Made by a program: the position numbers and the translations under genes. The notes beneath the pieces were generated by a model. It searched no databases. It worked only from the letters and a program-made list of their open reading frames with translations, and was not told where the DNA came from. DNA of 58,424 nt, counting the filler, from Dimargaris cristalligena (taxonomy: Eukaryota): assembly GCA_003614675.1 (NCBI GenBank). It is 6 parts of 6 records of this genome, joined end to end, with 100 filler letters (N's around TTAATTAATTAA, not from the genome) between each part and the next. Parts side by side here need not be neighbours in the genome. Positions count along the whole stretch, not along the records: positions 19,553 to 29,218 come from ML003249.1; positions 29,319 to 38,968 come from ML003250.1; 4 more parts are not named here. The stretch is one strand, 5' to 3'. This document shows positions 23,669 to 36,063 of the stretch, piece by piece (within the stretch, counting starts at the first letter, position 1; each line of letters opens with the position of its first letter).

Positions 23669-25016
23669 ATGCGCTTATATCAAATTATCGAGGCACTCAT
23701 TGTGGTTGTCTTCGTGTTGCTCAGTGTAGTTCGCGCCAACGACAGCGATACCACCTTTTATGGCGACGTTCTTGTCATGGAGCCCAATCTCAAAGATATC
23801 TCTCAGAATGTATCAACCTCGACCGTTGTAACCACTGACATGTACTTCAACCTTAAAAGTGACGAGCGAGTAACTGAAGGGGTAAGTAATACTACTATAT
23901 TGTCTCTGGATCCTAGTGTAGCCCATCCCCACTGTTTAAAGTTGTCAGGGTCTTATAGACAAACTAAGCCTTCTCACACTTTGCCAGTCTTTAGTTAGCA
24001 ACCGCGTACCAGTCGCCTCAGGGCAATTACTTAGCCCTCAAGCATTAGAGACGCCATCTTATTTTCTTCTCATTTCCTTCTAAGAAATATAATGAGCCAA
24101 CCATTTTTTTTAAAAAAAACTTGCCTTCATTCAATCCTACCTTTTATATATTATTATGTTCTACTCGCAGGGTTACTTGATCAAAATGGATGGTTTCTTA
24201 AAAGAAGATTTATCAAAAGGACTCAAGTACGTCGTTCTCGTTGAAACCGCAACGAATAGTGTTGTTACACCTCCCTCAGCCGAGATTCGCAAGTGTGTCA
24301 ACTTATTCGTGGTCTACCAATCAGATGACACAACCCGCTGTCCTGATCTAGGTGTGTCCATAAGGATGCCATGCGTCGTTCTGTCCTACAAGAAAGGCAC
24401 CGAGCTATCATCCATGATGGATTCCCTCTACGACCAGAGTCTGTCTTGGGCGGAATTGACCGACCAGTATCCCAGTTTATCCGGATCTACCCCCACCACC
24501 CCTGTTGAGAACAGTGGTAAAGATGTTAGCATCTCTGACTCGGAAACAAGTACAACCACGTATTTAAGTGTAGCTGCTCAACCCACCATCTCCGCCGGTA
24601 GCTCGACAGACTCATCACGATCATCTGATTCTGATTTCGTCGTCTCCCCTGTCGACCCTTCCTTAGCCCGCCGATTATACATTCGACTTGAAGTCGTCGA
24701 TGGTGGCAAAGTCGTCACCACCGCATTGACATCGTCCCAAACCTGGGCCATTGTGGGCGGTACGTTCGCCGGCGTGGTCTTTCTCCTCATGATCGGTAGT
24801 TGCTGGTGGTTACGCCATACGATCCGTCGCCAACGGGAGATGGATAAGCGCAAGGCGAACCAGCTGGAAATGGCCCAGGGGCAACTGCACAAGGGAAATT
24901 CTAAACCGGACAGCGGTTCCCAAAACGTGCCCCATGGTACCTTTTTGTCGGGTGGTACATTATGCGACCTAGAAACGGGCATCTCGGAAAAGCAAACTAC
25001 ATCCGTAGCTGGCTAA
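23669..25016 (+). CDS. Orphan type-I membrane protein (signal peptide, possible degenerate PA-like ectodomain, Ser/Thr linker, single TM), 2 exons
   Basis: Exon 1 is 23669-23881 (MRLYQIIEALIVVVFVLLSVVRA), then a phase-0 intron 23882-24170 (GTAAGT..CAG). The TM segment WAIVGGTFAGVVFLLMIGSCWWL is followed by basic RHTIRRQR. Confidence 0.8.
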
Positions 25017-25323
25017 GTGATGCACTCTATTCACATTCTGCTAAAATCTATCCGGAGGTCCCTATAATTTTCCGGCATGTTATGTAACTCACATTGCCAT
25101 TTACGAAACTCATTACTTGTTAGATAATATCACCGTGTAAAATAAACAATTTAGAAATTCGCGTAGACCCTATGGGTTTAGAACTAATGCCTACTAGCTA
25201 TCCTGCGTCCCATGCTCGTGTCTATGATAATTAATTGTATTAAATTGGGGAATATTTATAAATGGATTTGGTGGAAATTTCAACTAATACTAACCACCAA
25301 TGTTATAAAAAAAGGTACTGCCC

Positions 25324-25905
25324 TGTCGGCCCTCCTTATCCGACTTAATCCAGACCTAACAATTACCCATCCTAGTTCAGCCTTATAGTACCATATTAAC
25401 CCCCCATAGTCACCCCCAGTACTATGGGGTCATCAGTTATTATATAACCCTGCTCATTCTAACCCCAATGCTTTGCACTCCAAACACTCAACTCACTGAT
25501 CCAAGACTCTTCCAGTTCCCATGAGAGTCTTCTCAATGTAAAGCTGTCCAGTCAGATTCTTTACCTATCCATACCTTAGTCTTAGTAGTATTTCCCTTGG
25601 GACCTCCCTCTGGAGCCATCCCTGCATATATATAACCAGGCCCCACTGGGACTGGTTCAATGGTCAGCTTGTTCATATCCCCCAGTTTACCTCAATAAAC
25701 TCTATATACACTCACCTCCCTTGTACTAACTAGTAAGTGTGCCTTCTGCATGTCCCTGATATTTACCTGTATTCTCCATTATTAGTTAGTATTATGCCCC
25801 CATCCTAATACCAGTAGCCCACTTGGCTGAGTCTAAGCCCCACCTACCATTTGAAGCCTATCCTCAGGACTCTTGATGGACTAAGAGTGGTTAACCTGGG
25901 TGACA
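25324..25905 (+). mobile_element. Solo LTR, family A (~580 bp)
   Basis: TGTC...GACA termini with flanks TGCCC / TACCC (5-bp TSD with one G>A). Homologous over its full length to 39292-39874 and 44794-45377. Confidence 0.9.
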
Positions 25906-26149
25906 TACCCAGCTAAGTAATGGGAAATCCTTCTAATAAAATATATGATACTCCAGTATAAGGAATATTCCCCATCTATTGTCTCATAATAATTACTTTC
26001 CATATCCTCTCAAACTATTAGTGTAGGGGTTAATATCTCAAGTATTATACCCAAGTTTACTGGATAGAGGACCTGTTAGACTAGGGATATTTGTTAATTA
26101 TTATTTACTAGTAGTAAGGGGAGTTTTATCCTATAAGAAAGTACCTAGG

Positions 26150-29075
26150 TATTACCTAGGCTAACTACTCTTTATTCATCAAGAGTACCACACTTATACC
26201 TGATACTAGTAGCCCACTTAGCTGAGCCTCAAGCCCCACCTACTATTAGAAGCCTATCCTCAGGACTCTTGATAGACTAAGAGTGGTTAACCCAGGTAAT
26301 ACTGGTAGAGGACCAAACTGAATAGTCCCTCAAGAAATGCCTCTATACCTCTACCATCTATAGACCTACCTGCATCTTACAAAGGACTGTAAGGCACTAT
26401 AGAAGAAACAGACCCATACCCATAAAGGACTGTGGATGACCAAGCTGTCACCCCACAAAGGACCATAGAGACACACCCTAAAAATACTCAACCATAAAGG
26501 ACCATGGAAGCATACCCCCTAACAACACCTACCCCATCAGCAGATAAGCTAAGAACTACCAGGGTGCAACAATATATCAATTGACCCACACCAACCCATG
26601 GAGTACACCTCCTATAAAGTTATGTACAGAACCTCCCAGCATCGACCCTAAGAGAAGACTGAATCCAAGTGGAAGTAAGCCTAATCAGAGACTTCCAACT
26701 ATATTTAGACCCAGGAGATATCATACCCCCATAACAACCCCCCCCTAAAGGAATGCCCCAGGACTAACCAGTGAGACCAACCAGATCCCTGTACACCAGA
26801 GCAATGGAATACCTCCAGACCCATGACAAATAATGGAACTATAGTTCACTTTTTGGCACTCAAATGCTGGGGCCCAATTATTGACTACCCCAAGCCATCA
26901 CAGATGGAGATGCACCCATTGCTAGCTACACTTACTGAGCCACCCAAGTGACTACTACCACCAACAAACCTCCTACCCCCACTAGCTCAGAGGCCTGAGC
27001 CAGTCAAAGGAGGGAGGAGACTGTCCTGGTAACACAGTCCACACGCCACACCAGAGTACACCCCAAGGCCAGCAATCCAGTATCTGTTTCAGTCAATCCA
27101 GATAACACACCCAAATTGCCCTACTATGACAGGTAGGACCAAGTGACCCTGCTATGCATCAAGATCAGCAACTCACTGAGCACAAACATATTGTAACTAC
27201 CAAACCCAGCCCCAATGAGCCAGACCTCCCCAACCCCCCCAGTGTATAACCCTGATCTGAACCAGGAGATCCTAGTACTACTGCAAGAATAAAGTACCCA
27301 CCAGTCCCAAACCCAGGAAAAACTAGCTATGAGCCTCCTGGCAATCACCGACTGGGTGTAGGGAATGGAAGAACAGCAGGCAACCCTGCAAAGCCAAGAG
27401 AACTCTACCCAGGAAACCCTGAGGTGCATCAAAGTAACCCTGGCCGCCTGCTCAACAAATACTATAGATGCATCCCAAGTCCTCCTGGACACCCCAGTAC
27501 TGTTACAAACCACACCCAGGGGTTTACCATGAAGCAGCTACTAGAACACCCAGTTTCAGGTACCTTCCTTCAATGAAACACAGTATTTCAACACCCAAGG
27601 GACACCCTGACCAAATAACCACTCATCAGGCACTAACCTAGCACCCCCTTGTCTAATAGGGGTCAGCCCGGCAGCCAGCCCTAACACTTGGAATACCAAT
27701 AGTGCCTCAATACACCTGGGATACATGGCCCACTCCCTGAGTTAGCTCAAGGAAAAAGACACTACCAGTATTATGGTCTGGCTCACCCAGGTCAACTATG
27801 TAGCACTGGCTGGAAGATGGACTGACACTGACACCATGGCCCATGTCATTGCCTCAGCCTCATTGGAACTGCAGGAATGTACCAGCTGTATAATGACTAG
27901 TGTACCACCTGGCCTGACTTCAAACAAGAGTTAATCCATGACCTAACAGGAGGTGACCAGTATACTAACTACAAATAGAAGTTGGAACAACTAACCTGGA
28001 GCCTGAAGTCTGAGTACCTGCACCACTATACATAAGCACTCATGCTCAGACAACACAGTGGGATCAACTAGATGGAGATCCACCACCACCTCCTCTGTAT
28101 ACTCAAAGAGTCCTGGTACAAGGACCTCTTCTATGCCAAGTACAAGGAATAGTAAGACCTGTACAGTGCAGTGCTATGTTGACTCAAACAGGAGTCATTT
28201 GAACTCCAGTATGACTGGACCTATAACAACATGCACCACAAGCAATTCCACCCAGGCCCTGCCACAATTAACCTGAAACCTGTCTTCACCAAGTTTGTAC
28301 TGAAGCCTGGGAGTTTCAAACCCAGTGATAAACCTTACCCTAAGAACAACACCTACTTTATCTATGGGAAGATAGGTCATTTTGCATTAGTGTGCCCCCA
28401 GAACAAGAACCCCAAGGTCAATTAAGCCTGCATCAAACTAGAGAACACCCTGGCTGAATTGGAATCTGGCCAAACCCAGGATGAAGCATACCCCTCAGAG
28501 GAGTCCAATGCCAAAGATGCTGCCATTCATATGGTCAAAGCCCCCCAGATCAGTGGATAATACCTCCTCAAGATACCCATCAATGGACACCCATGAGAAG
28601 CACACCTGGATATGGGTGCCCAGATCATGGTTATTCCAGAATATCTGGTGCCTGAAGGCATCAAGGAAGTCCCCCCAGTAGGGACCAGCTACATCTCCCT
28701 CAGGGACAAGAGTTACACCCAAGTAAATTGCTATATGGAACTCTAAGTCACCCTAGGTACCTTAGTTATACTAGTCATCACTGCTGTACTCCCCAAGGGA
28801 ATGTTCCTCCTTGGAACCAATTGGGCTGACCTAGCCCAACCAGTTATTAACATTAAACACTGGACCATAAGTCTTGGCCATCAGGAGACCCCCCTATGGG
28901 TGCTCCAACCCACTACTGTCCCACCCCAGGCCATAGTTCCCATTGAGGTCCAGGCTAATGGTCCCATCCCCACTACAGCTTACATCTATGCCATTAGCAG
29001 TGGCCCCATATACACTATCCCTGGACTCATCCAGTTTGAACACTGGGACACACAGGTCCTAGTGGGTAACCCTAC
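26150..29075 (+). mobile_element. Degenerate Ty3/Gypsy-like LTR retrotransposon 5' part (partial LTR A, PBS, gag, protease)
   Basis: LTR A 3' portion ~26196-26301 is followed by PBS-like TGGTAGAGG at 26303. A gag zinc knuckle relic YFIYGKIGHFALVCP lies at ~28353-28399 and an aspartic protease relic IPINGHP*EAHLDMGAQIMVI at ~28573-28635. Many stops; interrupted at 29076 by family D. RT/IN are not present, so the Gypsy assignment is tentative. Confidence 0.8.
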
Positions 29076-29218
29076 TGTGGTGAATTTACCACATTTTTTA
29101 CCTACTTTTATTTTTAATCCATTTTTCGCACTTATCAAAAGTACGCCCCTGACAAGTGAATGAGCCCCTGCCCCTGATGAGTATGGTCATTTTTCCTCCA
29201 TTTTCATTATTATATTGT
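29076..29218 (+). mobile_element. Terminus of repeat family D inserted into the retrotransposon relic
   Basis: Starts TGTGGTGAATTTACCACA. 29076-29157 matches the reverse complement of 39069-39150 with the same endpoint. Confidence 0.75.
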
Positions 29219-29318
29219 NNNNNNNNNNNNNNNNNNNNNNNNNNNNNNNNNNNNNNNNNNNNTTAATTAATTAANNNNNNNNNNNNNNNNNNNNNNNNNN
29301 NNNNNNNNNNNNNNNNNN
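29219..29318. other. Artificial contig spacer
   Basis: N-run, TTAATTAATTAA, N-run (100 bp). Confidence 0.97.
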
Positions 29319-31165
29319 GTGGTGGTTGGAGGGAAACGGCCCATTGTCGGAGTGATGAGGCAGGGAAAGAATCCCCATAAATCCTGGACCCTTGAACCGA
29401 ATGGGCTGGAACCTCAAGCCCCCCCCCCTTTGTCCCAACCCATGACGAATTTTTGACGTCAATGGGTTGGTGGTGGTCTGGCTGGTTAGGTACATGGCCA
29501 AGTGTCCTCGCCGTCCCTAGTCTAGGGATATCCCTGCTGGAAAACACACTGGTCCGTGTTTAGTGTATTATATTCACGGGGTTGCATTTCCGACTAAGCT
29601 GCACCGGAGTGAGACAGCGGTTCCCCAGCTATGCAGAGGCCACGCCGGTTGTCGGGGATTGAATTGGCAGGTGTGTCGAGGTGCTCCGAGGAGTGCGGCA
29701 TTGTTGCATGACAGTTTTTTAATACTGTAGTGAGCTGGATGACAGTAGTAGTAGTCGTATTTCCCTCCCACCAACCATAAAATAGCCCTCAGAAAACTCA
29801 CTTTCCCCACCCACTCAACTAGCCGAAGGGAGGATTGGTTCGATCGTGAGTCAACTGCCAGTGCAATGGCCAATCCGCCCCGACCATCCTTGTGACCCCT
29901 TCGACTCGTCCAGATTAGTCACAATAGATAAAGCAGAGTGAATAGGGGAGGGATGGGCCTAATAGAAGGGGTATCCTCCCTCCTAGAGAGAGAGGGGTGT
30001 GTACACGTCCAATAGGTGGATGATATACCTATCATCTTCTGGGTTGGGCGTAGTTTCCTAGCAAGGACCGAGTGAGTCACCTGCTTCGTGACTAGGAGGG
30101 GGGGAATGGGAGTGGGTGTGCGATGGATTCACCGCCTGGAATTGGCGTTTCTCTTGGCCGGTGTTGTGTGGAATTGGTGGAGCCCAAAGCGGATGAACCC
30201 CCACCCACACCTCCGCTCTGCTTTGCATATGACTACTATAGGTTTCTCTTCGTTTATGGGGCTGTTCAAGGTACCATTAGGGCCTGGGGCTCTTCCGATG
30301 GGACATTTATTTAAATCGCCGGGAGTTTGGGACCAATCACGCGCCAATGCTGTGCCTTCTTCCCTCTCTCTCTCCTCCTTCACCAGAATGGCTTGGTGAC
30401 CACGTTCGTCAACAGTGGGAATGTATAGTATGGGTACAGATTGGGTATATTTAAAGGCCTGGGGTCCCTCTTCTTCTCCTTTAATATTACCTCCACTGCC
30501 AACTGCACTCTGCGTCACTCCTGAACAGTCTGTTCCTGCTGCTTGAGACCCTTTGCCTCTACTATTAACCTTACTTGTTGCTCATGTCGCATCCTGCGCT
30601 ACCCCGTAATTCCAGCCCGATTACCCCTGTTGGCTCTCTCCGTAATTGCCTTATTAAACAGCGACCAGAGGCCTCCTCCATGTCGCCGTAGCAATCTCTC
30701 TCCCCCTCAAATCCCGATCCCCGCCTCCACATCGCTCACATAATTATCTATTCCCCGAGTTCAGCTGGATCCCCTCAGTCCTATTCCTCTCTCCATTCAC
30801 TCCCTCTTTTATTATACCTGTTTTCTACTCCCCTCTATATATTCATTAATTAATTGCCTTGAGCCGCTGGCGGTTATTGTGTACTATATAATCCCCATTC
30901 CCCTCCCTGCTCGACTTCCTTTGTCGTCTTTTAGGAGTCGGCCCCACAGGTACCACTCACCTTATTTCGGACTTAGTCTCGTTTAACCTCCTAATCCCTT
31001 ATTCGCACGTTGCTACCCCACTACCCCTCTAAAATAGCATTGTTATTTCACCTACGGTTTGCATACTATAAGTATTCGCCTCTATTTCAATAGGCCGTCT
31101 AGCTTTACATTTTCTCCATCATCTCTCCTTTATTCAAAAGAGGCTATATCCTCTCCTCGCCCACT

Positions 31166-32503
31166 ATGCCGAGCCCCTCCCCTTTGGTCCAGGCCATACC
31201 CCAGCGGTCCCTGATGCAGTTTTCACGGGCCAAAATCACCCGCCTCAGTTTGGACCATATCTACTCTCTGGGCCGCCGCGCCGAAGTTCCCCGGAGTCGC
31301 GACAACACCCTCCAACTATCGGCCCAGTTTCTCCACCGCGAACTGCCCGTGCGTATCTATCAGAACCTCAAAGTGCTCCAGTCACCCGAATGGGCCGACG
31401 TTATCAACCGCTCCCCACTTCTTAGTTTTCTTGGTGAGCGATACACCGACGATATAAACTTGCTTACCAGTTTGGAACGGCCGGTGGACAGTCGGACACT
31501 GGCGAAGTTTCACGATTCACTTAAGCGGCTGCAGAGTCGCCACCAAGAGCATTTGGCTTTGGCCCAGCGGGGGTTGGAACATCTTTCCCAAAATAGCACC
31601 TCCGCTTCCAAGGCCCCAGCGACGACTACCGCGGCAACTGCTGACGCCCCCGCCGAAACGGTTACGCTGACTGGTCGGTCCTATACCGGCTCCCCTACTG
31701 AAGGCATCCACAGCACCCCTGCCGATCGATTCATGGATGATTTTTATACGGTGCATTTTGGTAACCAGTTTCTCATCAGTGAACACATTTATCTCGCTGA
31801 GCAAGGCCGTAATCTGGTCCAGCGGGTGCAACCCGTGAACATTGCCCGCGACGTCATCCGGCAGGTCCAGGATGTGGCCCAGCACTTTGACCGTGGTCTC
31901 GTGCCCGATATTGTCCTCCAGGCCGACCATCCGACCGTCTCCATCCTTCACATCGAGCCCTACGTGACCAGCATTCTGTACAAAATCCTGTACAATTCGG
32001 TCTTTGCTACCATGAACCACCACTGTCAGAAACAGCAGCGGTCCCAAGGCATGGCGGAGCCTACGGCTGCCTCCCCTGCCTCGACCACACCACCCCCTGC
32101 GGTTCGTCTCACCATCGTGGGCGGAGCCGAAGACGTTGCCTTTAAAGTCTCGGATGAGGCCGGCGGTATTTCCCTCTCCAAAATGGACCAGTTGTGGCGC
32201 CACACCTACGACCAACCCATTGCCGCTAGTCGCCGTACCTTCTCCCCGCAACTCTCCCTTCTGGGCAGTCCCTTCAACCTGCCCGTCGCCCGACTCATTG
32301 CCCGCCACTTCGGCGGCGACCTCTCCCTGGTTTCCATGGAGGGCCATGGTACGGACACCTATCTGCATTTACCCCGTAGGAAAAGCTACATGGAGTCGCT
32401 ACCGGCCACCATTGCCCGTGCCGAAACCGCGACTCCCCAATCTGCTCCGTGGCTGCTGGCTGACGATATTTTATTCCCCACTACCCAGACGACACGCCTT
32501 TGA
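31166..32503 (+). CDS. Mitochondrial PDK/BCKDK-family (alpha-ketoacid dehydrogenase kinase-like) protein, probably catalytically impaired
   Basis: N-domain SAQFLHRELPVRI and DRFMDDFY...LISEH. The GHKL domain has ILYKILYNSVFAT, FKVSDEAGGIS and LPVARLIARHFGGDLSLVSMEGHGTDTYLHL. Confidence 0.9.
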   Translation: MPSPSPLVQAIPQRSLMQFSRAKITRLSLDHIYSLGRRAEVPRSRDNTLQLSAQFLHRELPVRIYQNLKVLQSPEWADVINRSPLLSFLGERYTDDINLLTSLERPVDSRTLAKFHDSLKRLQSRHQEHLALAQRGLEHLSQNSTSASKAPATTTAATADAPAETVTLTGRSYTGSPTEGIHSTPADRFMDDFYTVHFGNQFLISEHIYLAEQGRNLVQRVQPVNIARDVIRQVQDVAQHFDRGLVPDIVLQADHPTVSILHIEPYVTSILYKILYNSVFATMNHHCQKQQRSQGMAEPTAASPASTTPPPAVRLTIVGGAEDVAFKVSDEAGGISLSKMDQLWRHTYDQPIAASRRTFSPQLSLLGSPFNLPVARLIARHFGGDLSLVSMEGHGTDTYLHLPRRKSYMESLPATIARAETATPQSAPWLLADDILFPTTQTTRL

Positions 32504-35500
32504 AAAACCAAAAAAAATGACCTGCCCAAAATAACATAACAAACCAAAGCAAACAATGGTCAACATTTTCTTTTTTTGAAGGGGAATACGCCGAACCAGC
32601 TGGAATGGCAGCCTATGTCGCCGTCGCCATTGATCTTGTACTATTATTTTTACCACCTTTGTATTTGTTTCCCCCCCTCTTGTTTACTACCAGTAATACC
32701 ACTTTTCCGCCGGTTCAGCTAGGGCTGGCGAGGATTTCTCTAATTGTATTTCGAATAAATCCAAGATCAATTTTAGTTAGGCAGTATATAGTAGGAATTT
32801 TGACTGCTGATAATTCCACAGGCATCTCGGTGGTCAAGCGCGATGCAAAAATGGGCGTCCATTACAAACCACGGCTGCCTTCACCGATGGTCGTCCATTG
32901 TGAAACTTTACCCAATTTACCCTAACATCCGAATTATTTGTTTAGTTGGGCTATAAGACGTTCAAAGAGATTACCCGCACTGCTGATCTAATGTTCCCTA
33001 CACCATCACCCAATGTATACTGATAGATTAATACGAATTTCTCGAGCAATATTTCGGCTCAGATATCTGGCGCGACTCTAAAATAAATGCAGCCACTCAG
33101 GTTTAGAGGCCAGGGGCGAGATGTGGGTGGTCTCGGTAGAACTGTAAATGAGGCACATACCCTGGTCTCTTGCCCGTCTAATTGGACGCGAATCAACCAT
33201 AGTTTGCTTTAGGTATTGTAGGTCACCTTCCTCCTGCTAATTAACTCCATCGGGTCACTCCGCCGCTGGCAAGCAAATTCGGGGCGGGGGGGTAGTTAAG
33301 GTAAAGGTGTAGAAAACGCGGATTCTTTTTACGAACGTCTGTGTTAGGTAACCCCGAGCTGGAGCAGGAGGGGGTCGGGCGAAGCAAAGACGGGGATATG
33401 CTAAATATAGGCCAGAAAGTCGTAACTTGTTGTCTGTGTTGTCCCTGGCGGCAGTAATCACTGGCCCCAACTTGTGCTCCAGTCTGGTCCGGGCTCCACA
33501 GCTAATATAGGGAATACCCATTCATAGAGAGGATTAGGCAGATGCATTTTGGTAAACATCCAGCCGCACCCCCCACAGGCTTAAATTCCCTTAGATTATC
33601 CGGCACATCTGACTGTAGTTAGTTCGCTGTCTAATACCCGTTCATTGACTTTCGTGTCTTCATAATTACTAGCACAACTGGATTTTCAATGGGATGCATC
33701 ATTTAGCCAACCGTGTTATATCTAGGCCATCTGCGAACAGCTATTTCCAAACCACGATGTAAGGTGTACCTTAGGATGGTTACTTTCAAAGCTTTGCGGA
33801 GCAGCTGTTTTGCCACATTAACATAACATATCATTTGGCAATAGTATTCCCAATATCTGGGTTTGCATTGATTGTGGCTGGTTAGGCAGGACCAACTCCG
33901 CTGGCTTCGTTGCGAAAGGCCAACGTAATACCGCATCTTCCCTAGTGCAGGTGTATTTCTATCTATTGGCCACCTTTCTTTCTCCGGTTTGCTACCTACT
34001 TCCCCATCTATATATGTTTCGTTCCCTGTAGCATCACTGTGTACTAACACCACCCACCCTGTACACTACTCTTTACTAGCTCCCACACGAACAATAGCTA
34101 CTCAGCCAGTTTCAAACTAACGGCCGGAAATAAATAAGCCAGGGGCAGTGAGTACTTTGTCCCGGACCAGATACTAATAGACCATTGGAGATTTTCTTGC
34201 GATACAATATTATATGCTAACTGCTTGTACGGGCATTGTATAGAAATCGGATATTGATAAATTCGTAGGTATATTGACCTATGTACTTTAAATACCCCTA
34301 AACGCCCAGCTCTGTCTATGATCATTCCCAACCTGGCCTTAGCAACCGCTGGGGCCAACGGGGTAGTAACTAATAGTGGAGCCGCCAGTTGCGCTGTCAA
34401 AAGTCGACTAAGCTAAAAGACTGGGTGGCTAGCCTCGAAAATCAACGCGAATGGCTTGTCGCGACAAGTGGGCGGAGGTGGGCGTGCCCGTGTCACCCTG
34501 GCCCTTCCTACCAACACCCTTGTGCCTTTACTCCCTCACACATATATGCCATCTAAATAAATGATTCTCCGTTGGTTTAAAAGTTTTTGACACATGTGTA
34601 ACATCCGTGCGCTTCACAAGTTGGCCCATTCGAACTTCTCGCTCGTATTCCCCACTAACCCCCATGTCAATAGCCGAAAAGACTCCAATGTCAAGTGCCG
34701 TCCTTTTTCCATTTAGCACTACTCTTTCTGGCTGCTCGTCCATTTTACTTTAATATGGGCGCTGGGCTATATGTACAGCACACCTCCGTCCATATCAATA
34801 GAAGTACTTCAACCCCATGGGTTGGATATTGAAGGCTGATGGCGTCTGATTTTGGTATATAGCTCTTTTTATGGCCAGCGGTTTCTTTTCAAATAATTAG
34901 AGCTTGCTGACAATTGTCACGGGTAAAAAAGGGGGTATGAGGCGGTATGTGCGGATGTTTTACATCGGTATGAATTGATTTGGCCGGTTGACTCTATAAC
35001 AGATATTGGTTTAACTAAAATATATCCAGATAATCGGCTAGGATACAGTGCAGGCGGGGGGTAATTTTAGGCGATAATGACGAACCTTTCAAAGACTATG
35101 GTGCTCAATAAACGGCGACAAAAATATTATTGAGTCAATTAATGCCAATTGATTGTATTCTCTGTTTGGCATGCGACGATCAACATGTATGTCGGTTTAT
35201 ATCATATCGGCGTCGTGTATATTGTTGGAGGGCCTTAATCAAACCTAGTTTAATTCTAACCTTTCCCTTGATACTAGTTCACACTACTTCGACGACAATT
35301 TGCCACAATGAGGATTAAATAGACATGCCCCCCTCGTCATTTAGTCCTTAGTTAACATTTGGGTCAAACGGTCTCGTATAAACGACGTATACCATTATTA
35401 TTATTGTAAATAAAATCAAAACTTCGATAAAATCCAACGCAGCTTTACAGACTAACGAATAAATGTAGAAATATAGCCCAGGTGGTCAATTGGTTTCCGT

Positions 35501-36063
35501 CATACCGCCAGCCCGGTTCTTTCTCGTATATCAAATTATACTAACTCGATAGGTAGCATATGTGATTGATATTATTATTATTTTTACCTAAGCTTAATTG
35601 ACGAGGAGTAAGTCTCTATTTAAGAATGGATATCTAGGAGATAACGAATTCGACGATACCAATTAAACGGATAGTTCATGAGTTCCATAGATGATCCTAG
35701 TAATAACTGATATTTCCACACCTAGAAAAGGTTAGAGAAGGGTACTTTATAGATAACAATAACACGGGTATCAGAATAAGAGTAAGTCAGCTAGCAATGG
35801 GGATATCGTAGAATATAACTGATAAACCAAGTAATTTTATTGATAATATTCCGGCTTTATAAGGCCGAACGGACTAGGGATAGAAGCGTGGAACCAACTG
35901 CAAGAGTACGGGAGAACTTCACTATAGGATAGAAACTAGAGGAAATAAATACTGGAGATGAAATAGCGAATATAGATTTTGAGTAGGTAAATAAGAGAGA
36001 TGCAGGAATGTCCGATAAGTGTAACATGGTTTCGGAGAATGAGTCTCAACTCCTCGTGGATAA

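Noticed and set aside
29146..29190. CTGA(C/T)GAG motifs resembling a hammerhead ribozyme core in family D
   Set aside because: No downstream stem II + GAAA or stem III can be formed in the visible sequence.
31517..32368. Long antisense ORFs (also 8290-8976, 7886-8380, 57633-58179)
   Set aside because: Shadows of GC-rich, codon-biased genes on the opposite strand with no independent motifs.
32900..36000. 3-kb gene-free region inspected for tRNA/snRNA or hidden genes
   Set aside because: Only short ORFs without motifs, and no recognisable tRNA or snRNA signatures by eye; an Infernal/Rfam scan would be needed to exclude an ncRNA.
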